From a virus (Duplodnaviria > Caudoviricetes), in the IMG/VR virus record IMGVR_UViG_3300030107_004870, positions 1 to 56,055 of that record: a DNA stretch of 56,055 nucleotides. One strand, given 5' to 3'. The position numbers were made by a program, and so were the translations under genes. Positions 26,473 through 35,275 of the stretch are shown here, piece after piece. How positions within the stretch are numbered: the first letter of the stretch is position 1; every line of letters begins with the position of its first letter. The notes under the pieces were generated by a model. It was given only the letters and a program-made list of their open reading frames with translations. It was not told the DNA's origin and made no database searches.

Positions 26473-28949
26473 GATTTCCTCATTTTAGCTTGTAATTCTG
26501 TAATTTTTAATTCAGCTTGTTGTTTCATTCTATCTATAGCTAATTGCAGTTTATCATCTGCTATAGCTTTTTGCACATCAATCCTTTGTTGTTGCAGCTG
26601 TGACTCAACCATTTTGTTTTCTTGATTTTGTTCAAGCTTGGTTTCAAATTGTTGTTGCTCCATATCAAGCTCTTTATCTTTTAAATCAAGTTCTTGTTTT
26701 CTGATTTCTACTAATGGGTCTCCAGATGGTTGCTGAATACTTGCTAAAAACTGTTGAGTTAGTTGAGCCATAATTGGAGAACTAATTTGGTCTAACATCA
26801 TTTGCATTTGTTGTTGTAAAGTCTTAGCTTCTTCTGGAGAAGATTGCTGCATAGCCATCTGCATTTGTTCAAACTGTTGTTGTAATTCTGGAGGAATTTG
26901 TTGTTGTGCTAACTGTGCTGACAAAAACTGCAAGTGTTGCATAACATGAGAAACTATTAAAGACTGAATACCTTGATTTTCTTGAACTGTTTTTAATAAA
27001 AACAAACTTTGATGAGCCGCTACATGTGCTTCATGATTTTGTTCCGGAAAAGCTTGAGCTGGCTGCCCTAATAATAAACTACTATTTTCTAATCCAGCAT
27101 CTACCGGCATAGGTGTCATATCTGGAGGTGGTTGTAGCAGGCTTTCAACATTATCTACTCCTAAAGCTGCATACATTCTTTTGTAAGCCTCATAAATACC
27201 TACAGGACCATGAACATCAGGATTGGTTGTGACCATTTGTAAAAGCTCTTGTGCCATTGTAATTCTTTGGCTTTGTGAAAATATATTAGGGTCAGATATA
27301 GGAACAATATCAATTCTATCGTCAAAGTCTGATAATTTAATTTGTCTTGGACCAGAACCTGTTTCAAAGTCATATTCTGGAGGCAAATATTCAGCAAATA
27401 CGCCCGCTAATAAACTAAACTCTAATCTTTGTGAGTAATGTAATCTCTTATGAATTGCAGACATTACTTTTGTACCTCTCTCTAACAAGGCAACTGTTGT
27501 GCCTACAGGCATAGCTTGGTTCATATCTCCTACGTTCATGTCTGAAATAGCAGCAAATCTTTTACCAGAGTCTACTAAAAGACCAAGCAGCTGCATCAAT
27601 ACATTACTAGGTTCTTTTATAGGAAGAGGTATTAAGTTTTCTCTAAGACTACCTCCGGTAGTGTCTATATCTCTAAACTCACCGGGCTGTAAAGGCTCTG
27701 CTTCATCTCTAATCCTCATGCCTCTAGCTTTAAAACCGGCTGGTAAATTAGCTAAAGTTCCTGCATCTATTAATTGTCTTAAAATAGATGTAGAAGCCTT
27801 AGATAAGCCACCAATCATGTGTGAAAGACCTAAGCCATAAAATCCTAATCCCGGTAAAAATTTATATTGTATGAAAAAATTAATTTTGTTTTTTAAAGGG
27901 TCATTAGGATTGTAATTTCTTCTTATAGATAAAACTTTGTAGGCATCTCTATCTATAGTGACTATGTAAGGAAGTTTAAGACCGGTTGGCTCGCCCATTT
28001 CGTCTACATCTTCAAAACCTTCTAAATCTAAAATTGTGTGAACTTCGTAAATTGTTCTGTTTCTATCCTCAGCATAACTTGGTTCTATACCTTGTATGTC
28101 ATCAACTTCTTTTTCAACTTCTGTTTGTTCTCCATATATATCGTCTGGTAAATCTATATTTGAATAAAAGCCGGAAAGTTGTTGTTTTTTAATTTCATTT
28201 TTTGACATGCTTATTGCATGCGTAATTCTTTCTGCACTTGTTAAATCAGCTGCTTCGTAAGGAACTATTAAATCCTCTGGAGGAACAAACTTAGATACAG
28301 CTCTATTTAAAACAAAATCAAAATAAACTTTTTTAAAAGCAGAGCCTGCAAGAGGCAAATAAAATAAAAGCTGGTCAAGTTCTGGGTCGTATTCTTTCAT
28401 TACATTCATGATGTAATAATTCATAAACTCTTTTACTCTGTCAGCTTGTGACTCAGTATCTGCGTTTCTTAGACCTAATATTTGTGTTTTAACAGGTCCT
28501 TTTGCAGGTAATAATTCTTTATATGCTTGAGCTTGAAATTGTGTGACAGCTTCTGCCAATATTGGATGGATTACTCCAGAGCTACCTTCAAAAGGTTGCG
28601 ACCTTGACTCGTCAAATTTCATTCCTAAATATTTAAGACCATCTGTATAGGTGTCTTCCCAATCTTTTCTTGACTCTAAATCATTTTTAATTGAACCAAT
28701 TAAATCTGTTGCTAATTTAGATAATATGTCGGAATTTAAAAAGTCTGCTAAATTAGCATTAAAATCAGTTTGCACAGTTTCTTCTTGTGCAAAAATTTCT
28801 TCATCTGCCAAGACTCCTTCTTCTGTCACAAGAATTTCAGCAGCTTCTTTAATAAGCTCTCCTCTTGGCTTATCTACTTCTACCGATGTAATGTTATTAG
28901 ACTCAATAACATTTAGGTCATCTTCTGTGCCTAGTTTTTTTTCAATCAT
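26469..28949 (-). CDS. Portal protein
   Basis: 826 aa after TerL; HPILAEA, GSAFKKVY, FLPGLGFYGLG, RQLIDAGTL; Gln-rich C-terminal barrel. Confidence 0.9.
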   Translation of the reverse strand: MIEKKLGTEDDLNVIESNNITSVEVDKPRGELIKEAAEILVTEEGVLADEEIFAQEETVQTDFNANLADFLNSDILSKLATDLIGSIKNDLESRKDWEDTYTDGLKYLGMKFDESRSQPFEGSSGVIHPILAEAVTQFQAQAYKELLPAKGPVKTQILGLRNADTESQADRVKEFMNYYIMNVMKEYDPELDQLLFYLPLAGSAFKKVYFDFVLNRAVSKFVPPEDLIVPYEAADLTSAERITHAISMSKNEIKKQQLSGFYSNIDLPDDIYGEQTEVEKEVDDIQGIEPSYAEDRNRTIYEVHTILDLEGFEDVDEMGEPTGLKLPYIVTIDRDAYKVLSIRRNYNPNDPLKNKINFFIQYKFLPGLGFYGLGLSHMIGGLSKASTSILRQLIDAGTLANLPAGFKARGMRIRDEAEPLQPGEFRDIDTTGGSLRENLIPLPIKEPSNVLMQLLGLLVDSGKRFAAISDMNVGDMNQAMPVGTTVALLERGTKVMSAIHKRLHYSQRLEFSLLAGVFAEYLPPEYDFETGSGPRQIKLSDFDDRIDIVPISDPNIFSQSQRITMAQELLQMVTTNPDVHGPVGIYEAYKRMYAALGVDNVESLLQPPPDMTPMPVDAGLENSSLLLGQPAQAFPEQNHEAHVAAHQSLFLLKTVQENQGIQSLIVSHVMQHLQFLSAQLAQQQIPPELQQQFEQMQMAMQQSSPEEAKTLQQQMQMMLDQISSPIMAQLTQQFLASIQQPSGDPLVEIRKQELDLKDKELDMEQQQFETKLEQNQENKMVESQLQQQRIDVQKAIADDKLQLAIDRMKQQAELKITELQAKMRKS

Positions 28950-28953
28950 TTAA

Positions 28954-29166
28954 TTAATGCAAGACTCTTTGTTTTTGTTCAATAGCAAAAGCAATTATAC
29001 TTTCTTCTAAATATTTGTCAGTTTCTATAGTATCAATTATTTCTCCATCAATAAACAAACCTTGTGCGTCTGCTATACCTTGTGCTTTTTCTAAATTTTC
29101 AGCATAAATACTAGGTCCTTCGTAAGCAACTCCATCATGTAAAAAGCTGGTTAAGAAAATTTTCAT
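28954..29166 (-). CDS. Hypothetical protein
   Basis: ORF between TerL and portal. Confidence 0.65.
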   Translation of the reverse strand: MKIFLTSFLHDGVAYEGPSIYAENLEKAQGIADAQGLFIDGEIIDTIETDKYLEESIIAFAIEQKQRVLH

Positions 29167-29167
29167 T

Positions 29168-30655
29168 TTAGTAGTATATCATTCTATCTTTTCTCAAGCC
29201 CTGCATTTCTTCTTGATAATCTTCATGCAAAGATACAAAGCCTCCTTGTCTAAATCTCATTAAAGCCATAGTAGAGCTATCGCAAAAATCATCATAGTCG
29301 CCAAAAGGAAAGGAAGCCATTTCTTCTATTACATCTTCTGCAAATTTTTCTTCTGGTGCCCAAACCATGCCAGATTCAAAAATAGGTGCAACGCTGTTCA
29401 TTCTGGCTATTTTGTCTTGTCCTTTGCTAGGAGAGTATGATGTGACAGGTATGCCCATCCTTCTAAGCTCTTGAGCTAAAGGCGTTCCGGAAGCTTTAGC
29501 TTCAATCAATACACAATCTGGTTCCCAATATTTATATTCTTCGTAGGCTTGTTTTTTTAACTCAGGAAAATCAACTCTAAATCTTTTTGCGTCAAGTAAA
29601 ATAATATTTGAAGAGCCATCATCTTCGCTTTCAAAAACTGCCCATGTAGTTATGGCACTATAGTCAGCAGTTTCTTTTTTTGAAAAAGCAGTATCATAAC
29701 TTTGTATTACATAGCTGTATGGCGGAACTCTTTCTCCATGCCATGTTCTCCACCACTCTCTTTTTACTATACTACCTTCTTCTGCTGTAGGATTTTGTAG
29801 CCATTGAGAGTTCCATTTGCTGATAGGCAGAGATGCTTTAACACCAAGTAATTCTTCTTTTTTCCAAAACTCTCCCCACAAAGGATTGTTTGTTTTAGGC
29901 ATTAAAGCTGGAAATTCAACTATATCCCATTGGTCAGCGTTTTCTTCTCCTTGTTTTTTTAAAAGTTTACCAACTAAATCTTTAGTGCTCCATCTGGTCA
30001 TAACTATAATAATAGTTCCGCCCGGCTGTAATCTTTGTCTTGGACCAGATGTGTACCAATCATAACAAGACTCCAAAGCTTTTGGAGACAAAGCATCTTG
30101 CTCAGAATGAGGGTCGTCAATTATTAATAAATCAGCACCACGACCTGTAATTGCTCCGCCAACACCAGCATAGAAAGCTTCGCCTTCTTGATTGGTTGTC
30201 CATCGACCAGCACTTTTATTATCAGCTTGCAAGCTGAGGTTAGGAAATATAAATTTGTAATCTTCGCTATCAATTAAGTTTCTTACTTTTCTGCCAAACC
30301 TTACAGCCAATTCTGCTGTGTGAGTACATTGTATTATTTTTAAACTGCCATTTAAGCCCATCAACCAAGCTGGTAAAAAAGTAGAAGCAAATTCTGACTT
30401 AGAGTGTCTTGGCGGTAAACAAACAATTAATCTTTTAAGTTTGCCCTGTGCAATTCTGTTAAATTTTTCTGCAATTATTTTGTGATGTTTGCCTTGTATA
30501 AAAGCATCACCCCACATGTGTTTTACAAATTTTAAAAAATCTTTTTGACAACCATCTTGTTTATCTATTTGTTCGTATCTTGATAAAAGAGTCATTGCCT
30601 CTTCTTTTTCTGAGGGAGATAAAATATCAAAGTCTTTAAACGATATATCTTTCAT
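29168..30655 (-). CDS. terL: Terminase large subunit
   Basis: Walker A-like PPRHSKS, Walker B LLIIDDP, nuclease SYDTA, IEAKASG and YDDFCD. Confidence 0.95.
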   Translation of the reverse strand: MKDISFKDFDILSPSEKEEAMTLLSRYEQIDKQDGCQKDFLKFVKHMWGDAFIQGKHHKIIAEKFNRIAQGKLKRLIVCLPPRHSKSEFASTFLPAWLMGLNGSLKIIQCTHTAELAVRFGRKVRNLIDSEDYKFIFPNLSLQADNKSAGRWTTNQEGEAFYAGVGGAITGRGADLLIIDDPHSEQDALSPKALESCYDWYTSGPRQRLQPGGTIIIVMTRWSTKDLVGKLLKKQGEENADQWDIVEFPALMPKTNNPLWGEFWKKEELLGVKASLPISKWNSQWLQNPTAEEGSIVKREWWRTWHGERVPPYSYVIQSYDTAFSKKETADYSAITTWAVFESEDDGSSNIILLDAKRFRVDFPELKKQAYEEYKYWEPDCVLIEAKASGTPLAQELRRMGIPVTSYSPSKGQDKIARMNSVAPIFESGMVWAPEEKFAEDVIEEMASFPFGDYDDFCDSSTMALMRFRQGGFVSLHEDYQEEMQGLRKDRMIYY

Positions 30656-30663
30656 TTTTTAAC

Positions 30664-30736
30664 GAGCAAGGAAGTTGATAGTGAACGCTTGATACTTCCT
30701 TGCTCTAGTCGTGTATGGACAACTAGATATAGTATA
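30664..30736 (-). promoter_or_regulatory. TerL promoter and double-hairpin 5' leader
   Basis: TATACT -10, small CUAGU..ACUAG hairpin, perfect 12-bp stem GAGCAAGGAAGU/ACUUCCUUGCUC ending ~8 nt before the ATG. Confidence 0.6.
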
Positions 30737-30742
30737 AATCAT

Positions 30743-31180
30743 TTAGTACCACTTTTTGCCTTCAAACAACAAAGCTTCTGCCTCTCTTCTGTTTACTAAA
30801 CCTTGTAAAACCTGTCCTGCTGATTTATTCCATCTTTTGATTTCTCTTGGTACATCCTCAAAGCTCTCTTGGTTTAAGACTTTCAGTAAAGTTGATGATT
30901 TTAAGTTTGTAGGTCCAAGGTTGTAGACCCAGCTACACAAAGCATCAAATTGGCTTTGATTGAGCTCGATATCTACAAAGTGATTTATATAACCCTCATA
31001 CTCTGGCATTTCTTCTTTAAGCCATTCATCAGCTTGTTCTTGAGTACAAGTATCACCTTCTTTAACTTTTTTTGTTCTACCATAACCTATTGTCCAAACA
31101 CCAGCCGGACACAGATAAGCTTCTAATTCACAGCCTTCAAATTTTTTAATTAAGGCTACCCCTTCTTGTGATATGTGCAT
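30743..31180 (-). CDS. Endolysin, phage lysozyme (GH24)
   Basis: FEGCELEAYLCPAGVWTIGYG, QFDAL, GLVNRREAE. Confidence 0.92.
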   Translation of the reverse strand: MHISQEGVALIKKFEGCELEAYLCPAGVWTIGYGRTKKVKEGDTCTQEQADEWLKEEMPEYEGYINHFVDIELNQSQFDALCSWVYNLGPTNLKSSTLLKVLNQESFEDVPREIKRWNKSAGQVLQGLVNRREAEALLFEGKKWY

Positions 31181-31181
31181 A

Positions 31182-31523
31182 TTACTCCACTTCTGTAATA
31201 GTCCTGTAATAAACAACAACTTCTTTAAGTTCGCTTATGTACCTTTTCAATTCTTGCATGTTATAAGACATTAGTTCGTAATCAGGAACAGACATGGCTA
31301 AAAAAACCACTGTACCATTTTGTTTTTTCATTTCTTCTACAAACTCATCAAAGTTTTTTTTAGACACTACATACCAAAAAGGCTCTTTCAAATCTAAAGC
31401 AGTTGGCAAGTTTGGATGAATTATTTTTCTCTCCAGAGGAGAAGAAATCATTTCAACTTTATTTGGTATCAGACTGCAACTTAAAGTCATCAGCACTATC
31501 AATAATCCTGCTAATTTCTTCAA
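31182..31523 (-). CDS. Outer-membrane spanin (lipoprotein)
   Basis: TTG start, KK + hydrophobic stretch + lipobox-like TLSC; overlaps end of i-spanin. Confidence 0.7.
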   Translation of the reverse strand: MKKLAGLLIVLMTLSCSLIPNKVEMISSPLERKIIHPNLPTALDLKEPFWYVVSKKNFDEFVEEMKKQNGTVVFLAMSVPDYELMSYNMQELKRYISELKEVVVYYRTITEVE

Positions 31524-31851
31524 TGTTGTTAAACACTTGTTTTGTTCCATTGTTTACCCTTGTTTGTATTAAATTTGGTTTTGCTATCGCAAGTTTTGTT
31601 AAATTATGCCTTCTAAAAATAGCCAAATAATTATCCATTTCTTTTTGGATTTTTTGGTTTTTTGCTTGTAAATTTAATAAGCTTTTTGATTGCAAAGCAA
31701 AGTCTTTTTGTAATTTGTCTAAGGTTTGTTTTTGTTGTGCGTCTCTTGTTTCGTATGCGATATTTAATTTTTTTAAATTTTGATTTTCATACCACATATA
31801 CGAAAGACCAACACTCATAACAAAAATAATTCCAAATAAAAATTTACTCAT
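31459..31851 (-). CDS. Inner-membrane spanin
   Basis: N-terminal TM helix then coiled coil, in lysis cassette. Confidence 0.7.
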   Translation of the reverse strand: MSKFLFGIIFVMSVGLSYMWYENQNLKKLNIAYETRDAQQKQTLDKLQKDFALQSKSLLNLQAKNQKIQKEMDNYLAIFRRHNLTKLAIAKPNLIQTRVNNGTKQVFNNIEEISRIIDSADDFKLQSDTK

Positions 31852-31928
31852 AAAAATACTTTAACATAATTTTATAATTTTTAGTAAATTTATGTTGCAT
31901 ATAGTAAAAAATTGTGTAGTATAGTAAT

Positions 31929-32031
31929 TGATATTTAATGACCTCGTTATTTTTAAATATCATACTCGTGTTTCTTACACTAGGAAACGTCAGGTTTTTT
32001 CAATTAATTTTCTCTGGCGTTTCCTTTTTTT
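31929..32031 (+). ncRNA. Candidate three-hairpin small RNA, opposite to lysis operon
   Basis: Promoter TTGCAT-16-TAGTAT (31895-31922); 10-bp stem UGAUAUUUAA/UUAAAUAUCA at predicted +1; GUGU/ACAC; terminator GGAAACGUCAG/CUGGCGUUUCC+U7. Confidence 0.65.
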
Positions 32032-32052
32032 GCAATAACTATAAATATTTCT

Positions 32053-32382
32053 TTAATCATATTCTTTTATTTTGGTTTTTCCGCCTCCTGTTCCGGCATA
32101 CAGTCCAAACCATGCAGCTCCTGCTCCGACAACAACAGAAACAAATCCACTTTGTTCTAAATTAGGCGTTTCTAATTGCATAAACCAAACACAAGTTTTG
32201 TAAAGTAATACAATATAAATTGTAATAAATAATCTTGGAAAAATACGCCAAGAGTCAATAGCAACCGCTAAATCAATCCAGCTTTTAAATTTATTTGGTT
32301 CGTATTTTTTTTGAGTTGTGTCTAGTTCTAGTTCTAGTTTTACTGTTTTTTTGGGCTTTTCAATAGTAATATTTTCTTCCAT
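32053..32382 (-). CDS. Holin-like two-TM membrane protein
   Basis: DSWRIFPR + two hydrophobic helices, upstream of spanins/lysozyme. Confidence 0.55.
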   Translation of the reverse strand: MEENITIEKPKKTVKLELELDTTQKKYEPNKFKSWIDLAVAIDSWRIFPRLFITIYIVLLYKTCVWFMQLETPNLEQSGFVSVVVGAGAAWFGLYAGTGGGKTKIKEYD

Positions 32383-32408
32383 GACGCTTCCATTTTTTTT
32401 TATCACTA

Positions 32409-32633
32409 TCAATTAATATATGTTAAATTTATTACTAAATTTAAAAAATATCCAACTACTCCTAATAAAGTAATAACCATAAAAACCAACACTCCTCTTA
32501 TTGACTTGTTTACAGACTTTACTGCTGTTTCAATAGAGTCAAGTCTGCGATAATTTTCTTTCCAGCGTTGTTCGCATGCAGCTTCGTGTGCACTTAGTCT
32601 TTTATCTATTTCTTGTATTTTAACGTCTGACAT
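32409..32633 (-). CDS. Coiled-coil + TM small protein (XhlA/holin-like)
   Basis: HEAACEQRW coiled coil and C-terminal TM helix. Confidence 0.55.
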   Translation of the reverse strand: MSDVKIQEIDKRLSAHEAACEQRWKENYRRLDSIETAVKSVNKSIRGVLVFMVITLLGVVGYFLNLVINLTYIN

Positions 32634-32776
32634 TAAAAATAATTTTTTAAACTATTCCAATATTTTTTTAAAAATAAAATAATTTTATCGTAAAGACTAG
32701 TGTGGTTTACTTTTAAATATTGATTAGCAAAGACTCCAAGTATTGCTATTATTACTATCCATCCTAATGTTTCCAT
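32633..32776 (-). CDS. Small membrane protein (47 aa)
   Basis: Manual ORF METLGWIVIIAILGVFANQYL..., SD GAGG, TAATG coupling. Confidence 0.6.
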   Translation of the reverse strand: METLGWIVIIAILGVFANQYLKVNHTSLYDKIILFLKKYWNSLKNYF

Positions 32777-32785
32777 AATTAACCT

Positions 32786-34009
32786 CTATGCTGTTCTTTT
32801 CCACATATATACGACTATATAGGGTTGTAAGTTATTGTGAGCTGAACCACTACCTGTAGAACCTGACGCTCTAGTTCCTTGAGAAGTTGAACCAGAAGAA
32901 CCTAGTGGAAATGTTCCATTAACTCCAGAAGATACTTTAGTTTCTACTGTATGCGTGTGTGCTGGTAGTTCGCTTGTTGTAAGTGTATGAGTTTTAGCAC
33001 CACCTGTTTCTTCTGCGGTATCAAAATCTGAATCAGATGAATCAATACCTACAGGAACTTTACCTGCACCAAAAGCTGCCCATGTTCCAAAACCTAATAA
33101 AGTACCGGGATTAGTGTTGTTTGTTGCATTTATATAAATTGAGCCGACAGGATATACAGCAGCTAAAGTTGTTTTGGTATCTATTTGAGTTTGTATAGCA
33201 GAAGTCACACCATCTAAATATCCTAATTCTGTTGAAGTCACATCGCTAACTGAAACATCACCACTACCATCAGAAACCAAAGCTCTTGCTGTAGTAAGGT
33301 CAGCCATTTTACTAAAAGCAATAGCAGCACTTGCAGAAACGCTTGCATTTACCACAGCGTTGCTTGCTAATTGGTCTGCACCTACAGCATCATCTGCAAT
33401 CATAGCCTGTTCTACTGCATCATTAGCAATGGTTATGGCACCATTAGCTGCAATAGTAGCGTCTCCACTCATTGCCACAGGATTGTAGTTTGTGCCATCT
33501 GCTACTAAAACATGACCGCTTGTATTTGTGCCCATTTTTAAATCATCGCCTTCTATTGTTAAATCTCCAGATAAAGACAGGTTATTAAAAGCGTCATAAA
33601 CAACAGCACCAGAGCCTCCGCCATCAAGCATTAAAACTTTTGTGTTGCCATTTGCTACTGTAATAGATGCTCCAGAGCCCTGCGAAATTGTAATACTTTG
33701 ACTTCCAGACGTAGCATTTTCTATTATTATTATTTTTGAAATAGTGTTAGGAGCTATAGTCAAAGTTCTAGTAGCTGACAAGCTTACGCCAGAAGTCACT
33801 TTTACATAAATAGCTCTATATTTATCACTTGTGCCATCTGCTACAGTCGCTGTCACATCAGCATCGCTTGAAAACGTAGCTTCTGTTTGATATGAAAAAG
33901 CATCTGTTATAAGGCTTAAATTTGTATTTGTAGTGACACCCCAAGTACCAGATTGGTCTCCTGTGCCCATTTCATTTAGTCTTAAATTATTATTATATGT
34001 ACTTGCCAT
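32786..34009 (-). CDS. Tail fibre protein with collar/gp10-like C-terminus
   Basis: MASTY..GTWG.TTN N-terminus; YPVGSIY, GGAKTHTLT..ELPAH, HNNLQPYIVVYMWKRTA. Confidence 0.8.
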   Translation of the reverse strand: MASTYNNNLRLNEMGTGDQSGTWGVTTNTNLSLITDAFSYQTEATFSSDADVTATVADGTSDKYRAIYVKVTSGVSLSATRTLTIAPNTISKIIIIENATSGSQSITISQGSGASITVANGNTKVLMLDGGGSGAVVYDAFNNLSLSGDLTIEGDDLKMGTNTSGHVLVADGTNYNPVAMSGDATIAANGAITIANDAVEQAMIADDAVGADQLASNAVVNASVSASAAIAFSKMADLTTARALVSDGSGDVSVSDVTSTELGYLDGVTSAIQTQIDTKTTLAAVYPVGSIYINATNNTNPGTLLGFGTWAAFGAGKVPVGIDSSDSDFDTAEETGGAKTHTLTTSELPAHTHTVETKVSSGVNGTFPLGSSGSTSQGTRASGSTGSGSAHNNLQPYIVVYMWKRTA

Positions 34010-34043
34010 AATCTTTTATAAATCTATACCAGCATTATATACT

Positions 34044-35009
34044 TTATGCTACTTCTTCGTAAGCAGGATTTTGTGTTTCGTTTATGTCTGAGTAGTTAGG
34101 AGTCTGGCTTTCGTCTATGCTTGAATAGCCAGAAGACTGTGACTCATCAATATCCGCATAAGATGGCGATTGAGTTTCGTTTATTTCTGAAAAACTAGGG
34201 CTTTGACTTTCATCAATTTTTCCATAAACCAAAACATTTGCTAGTTCAACAGATGTTGAAACAGAGTCTGAGCTCACATTTGCTTTTCCAAGAATTACAA
34301 CATTGCCGGTAGCAAAAGTTGCTTCCAATCCAGAAACAGAAACTGTGTTTTGTGTTCTTACAGAAATATCTCCTTGTGTAAAACTTGCACCTTGACCAGA
34401 TACAGAAATGTCAGCCTTAGCATTAGTAGACACATCTCCTAATCCAGATGTTGCAGATACTCCGGAAACAGAAGTATTTGCTTTGGCTGCTGGTGTGATG
34501 CTTCCTACGCCAGATGTTATTGCCTGACCTGTCGGAGATATATTAGCTTTTCCAATTAAATTAAGGCTGCCCAACCCTGATGTAGCAGCAATTCCAGAAA
34601 CACTAGCATTTGCTTCTGCATCAATAGCAACAATAGAAACAGTTCCTACTCCAGAATTTAAACTTGGAGTGGAAGCAATAGCTTGAGCGTTTACAGCAGC
34701 TGTACCAATGCCACTTGTAGCAACTTGTGTTGCTGGCGTTATATTTGCTTTACCTGTAATAGAGCTTAAAGTTCCTAATGCAGATGTAGAAGCTTGTCCG
34801 GCTACAGACGTGTTGGCTTTTGCATTTGTTGTTATAGAGCCTGTGCCAGAAGTAGTGACTTGCGTTGCTGGTGTTATATTTGCTTTACCACTTGTAGAAA
34901 GCGAGCCTAAGCCAGAAGTTGTTGCAAGACCTGTGACACTTACACTAACACTAACAGAAGCATCTCCAGCTGAAAATGGAGCTTCTGAAAATGCACTTAT
35001 ACCAAACAT
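34044..35009 (-). CDS. Repetitive Ser/Thr/Gly-rich tail protein
   Basis: MFGISAFSEAPFS start; ~26-aa internal repeats; five C-terminal 11-aa I(D/N)E(S/T)Q repeats. Confidence 0.7.
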   Translation of the reverse strand: MFGISAFSEAPFSAGDASVSVSVSVTGLATTSGLGSLSTSGKANITPATQVTTSGTGSITTNAKANTSVAGQASTSALGTLSSITGKANITPATQVATSGIGTAAVNAQAIASTPSLNSGVGTVSIVAIDAEANASVSGIAATSGLGSLNLIGKANISPTGQAITSGVGSITPAAKANTSVSGVSATSGLGDVSTNAKADISVSGQGASFTQGDISVRTQNTVSVSGLEATFATGNVVILGKANVSSDSVSTSVELANVLVYGKIDESQSPSFSEINETQSPSYADIDESQSSGYSSIDESQTPNYSDINETQNPAYEEVA

Positions 35010-35088
35010 AATTAATTATAAAATTTTATTTTAAATTCTTTATATAATTTTTTTTTAAAACTTATAGCACCTAAGCTTAGAGTAGCTA

Positions 35089-35274
35089 TTATTTATTTCT
35101 AGAATGTTTACCATTCCCTTTGTTATTTCCTGAGTCGTATTGCGTTAATTCTTTGAAATAATATTTTCTTATAGTATTAACCTTGTACCAAAAAATATTC
35201 ATACCTCTAGGATTAGAAAGTTCTCCTATCATAATTACTATACAAGCTAGTAAAGGTATAAATATAAGTTCCAT
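35089..35274 (-). CDS. Small membrane protein
   Basis: N-terminal hydrophobic segment. Confidence 0.5.
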   Translation of the reverse strand: MELIFIPLLACIVIMIGELSNPRGMNIFWYKVNTIRKYYFKELTQYDSGNNKGNGKHSRNK

Positions 35275-35275
35275 T

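Noticed and set aside
31938-32165. 75-aa plus-strand ORF
   Set aside because: Crosses an intrinsic terminator, overlaps the holin-like gene antisense and lacks an SD
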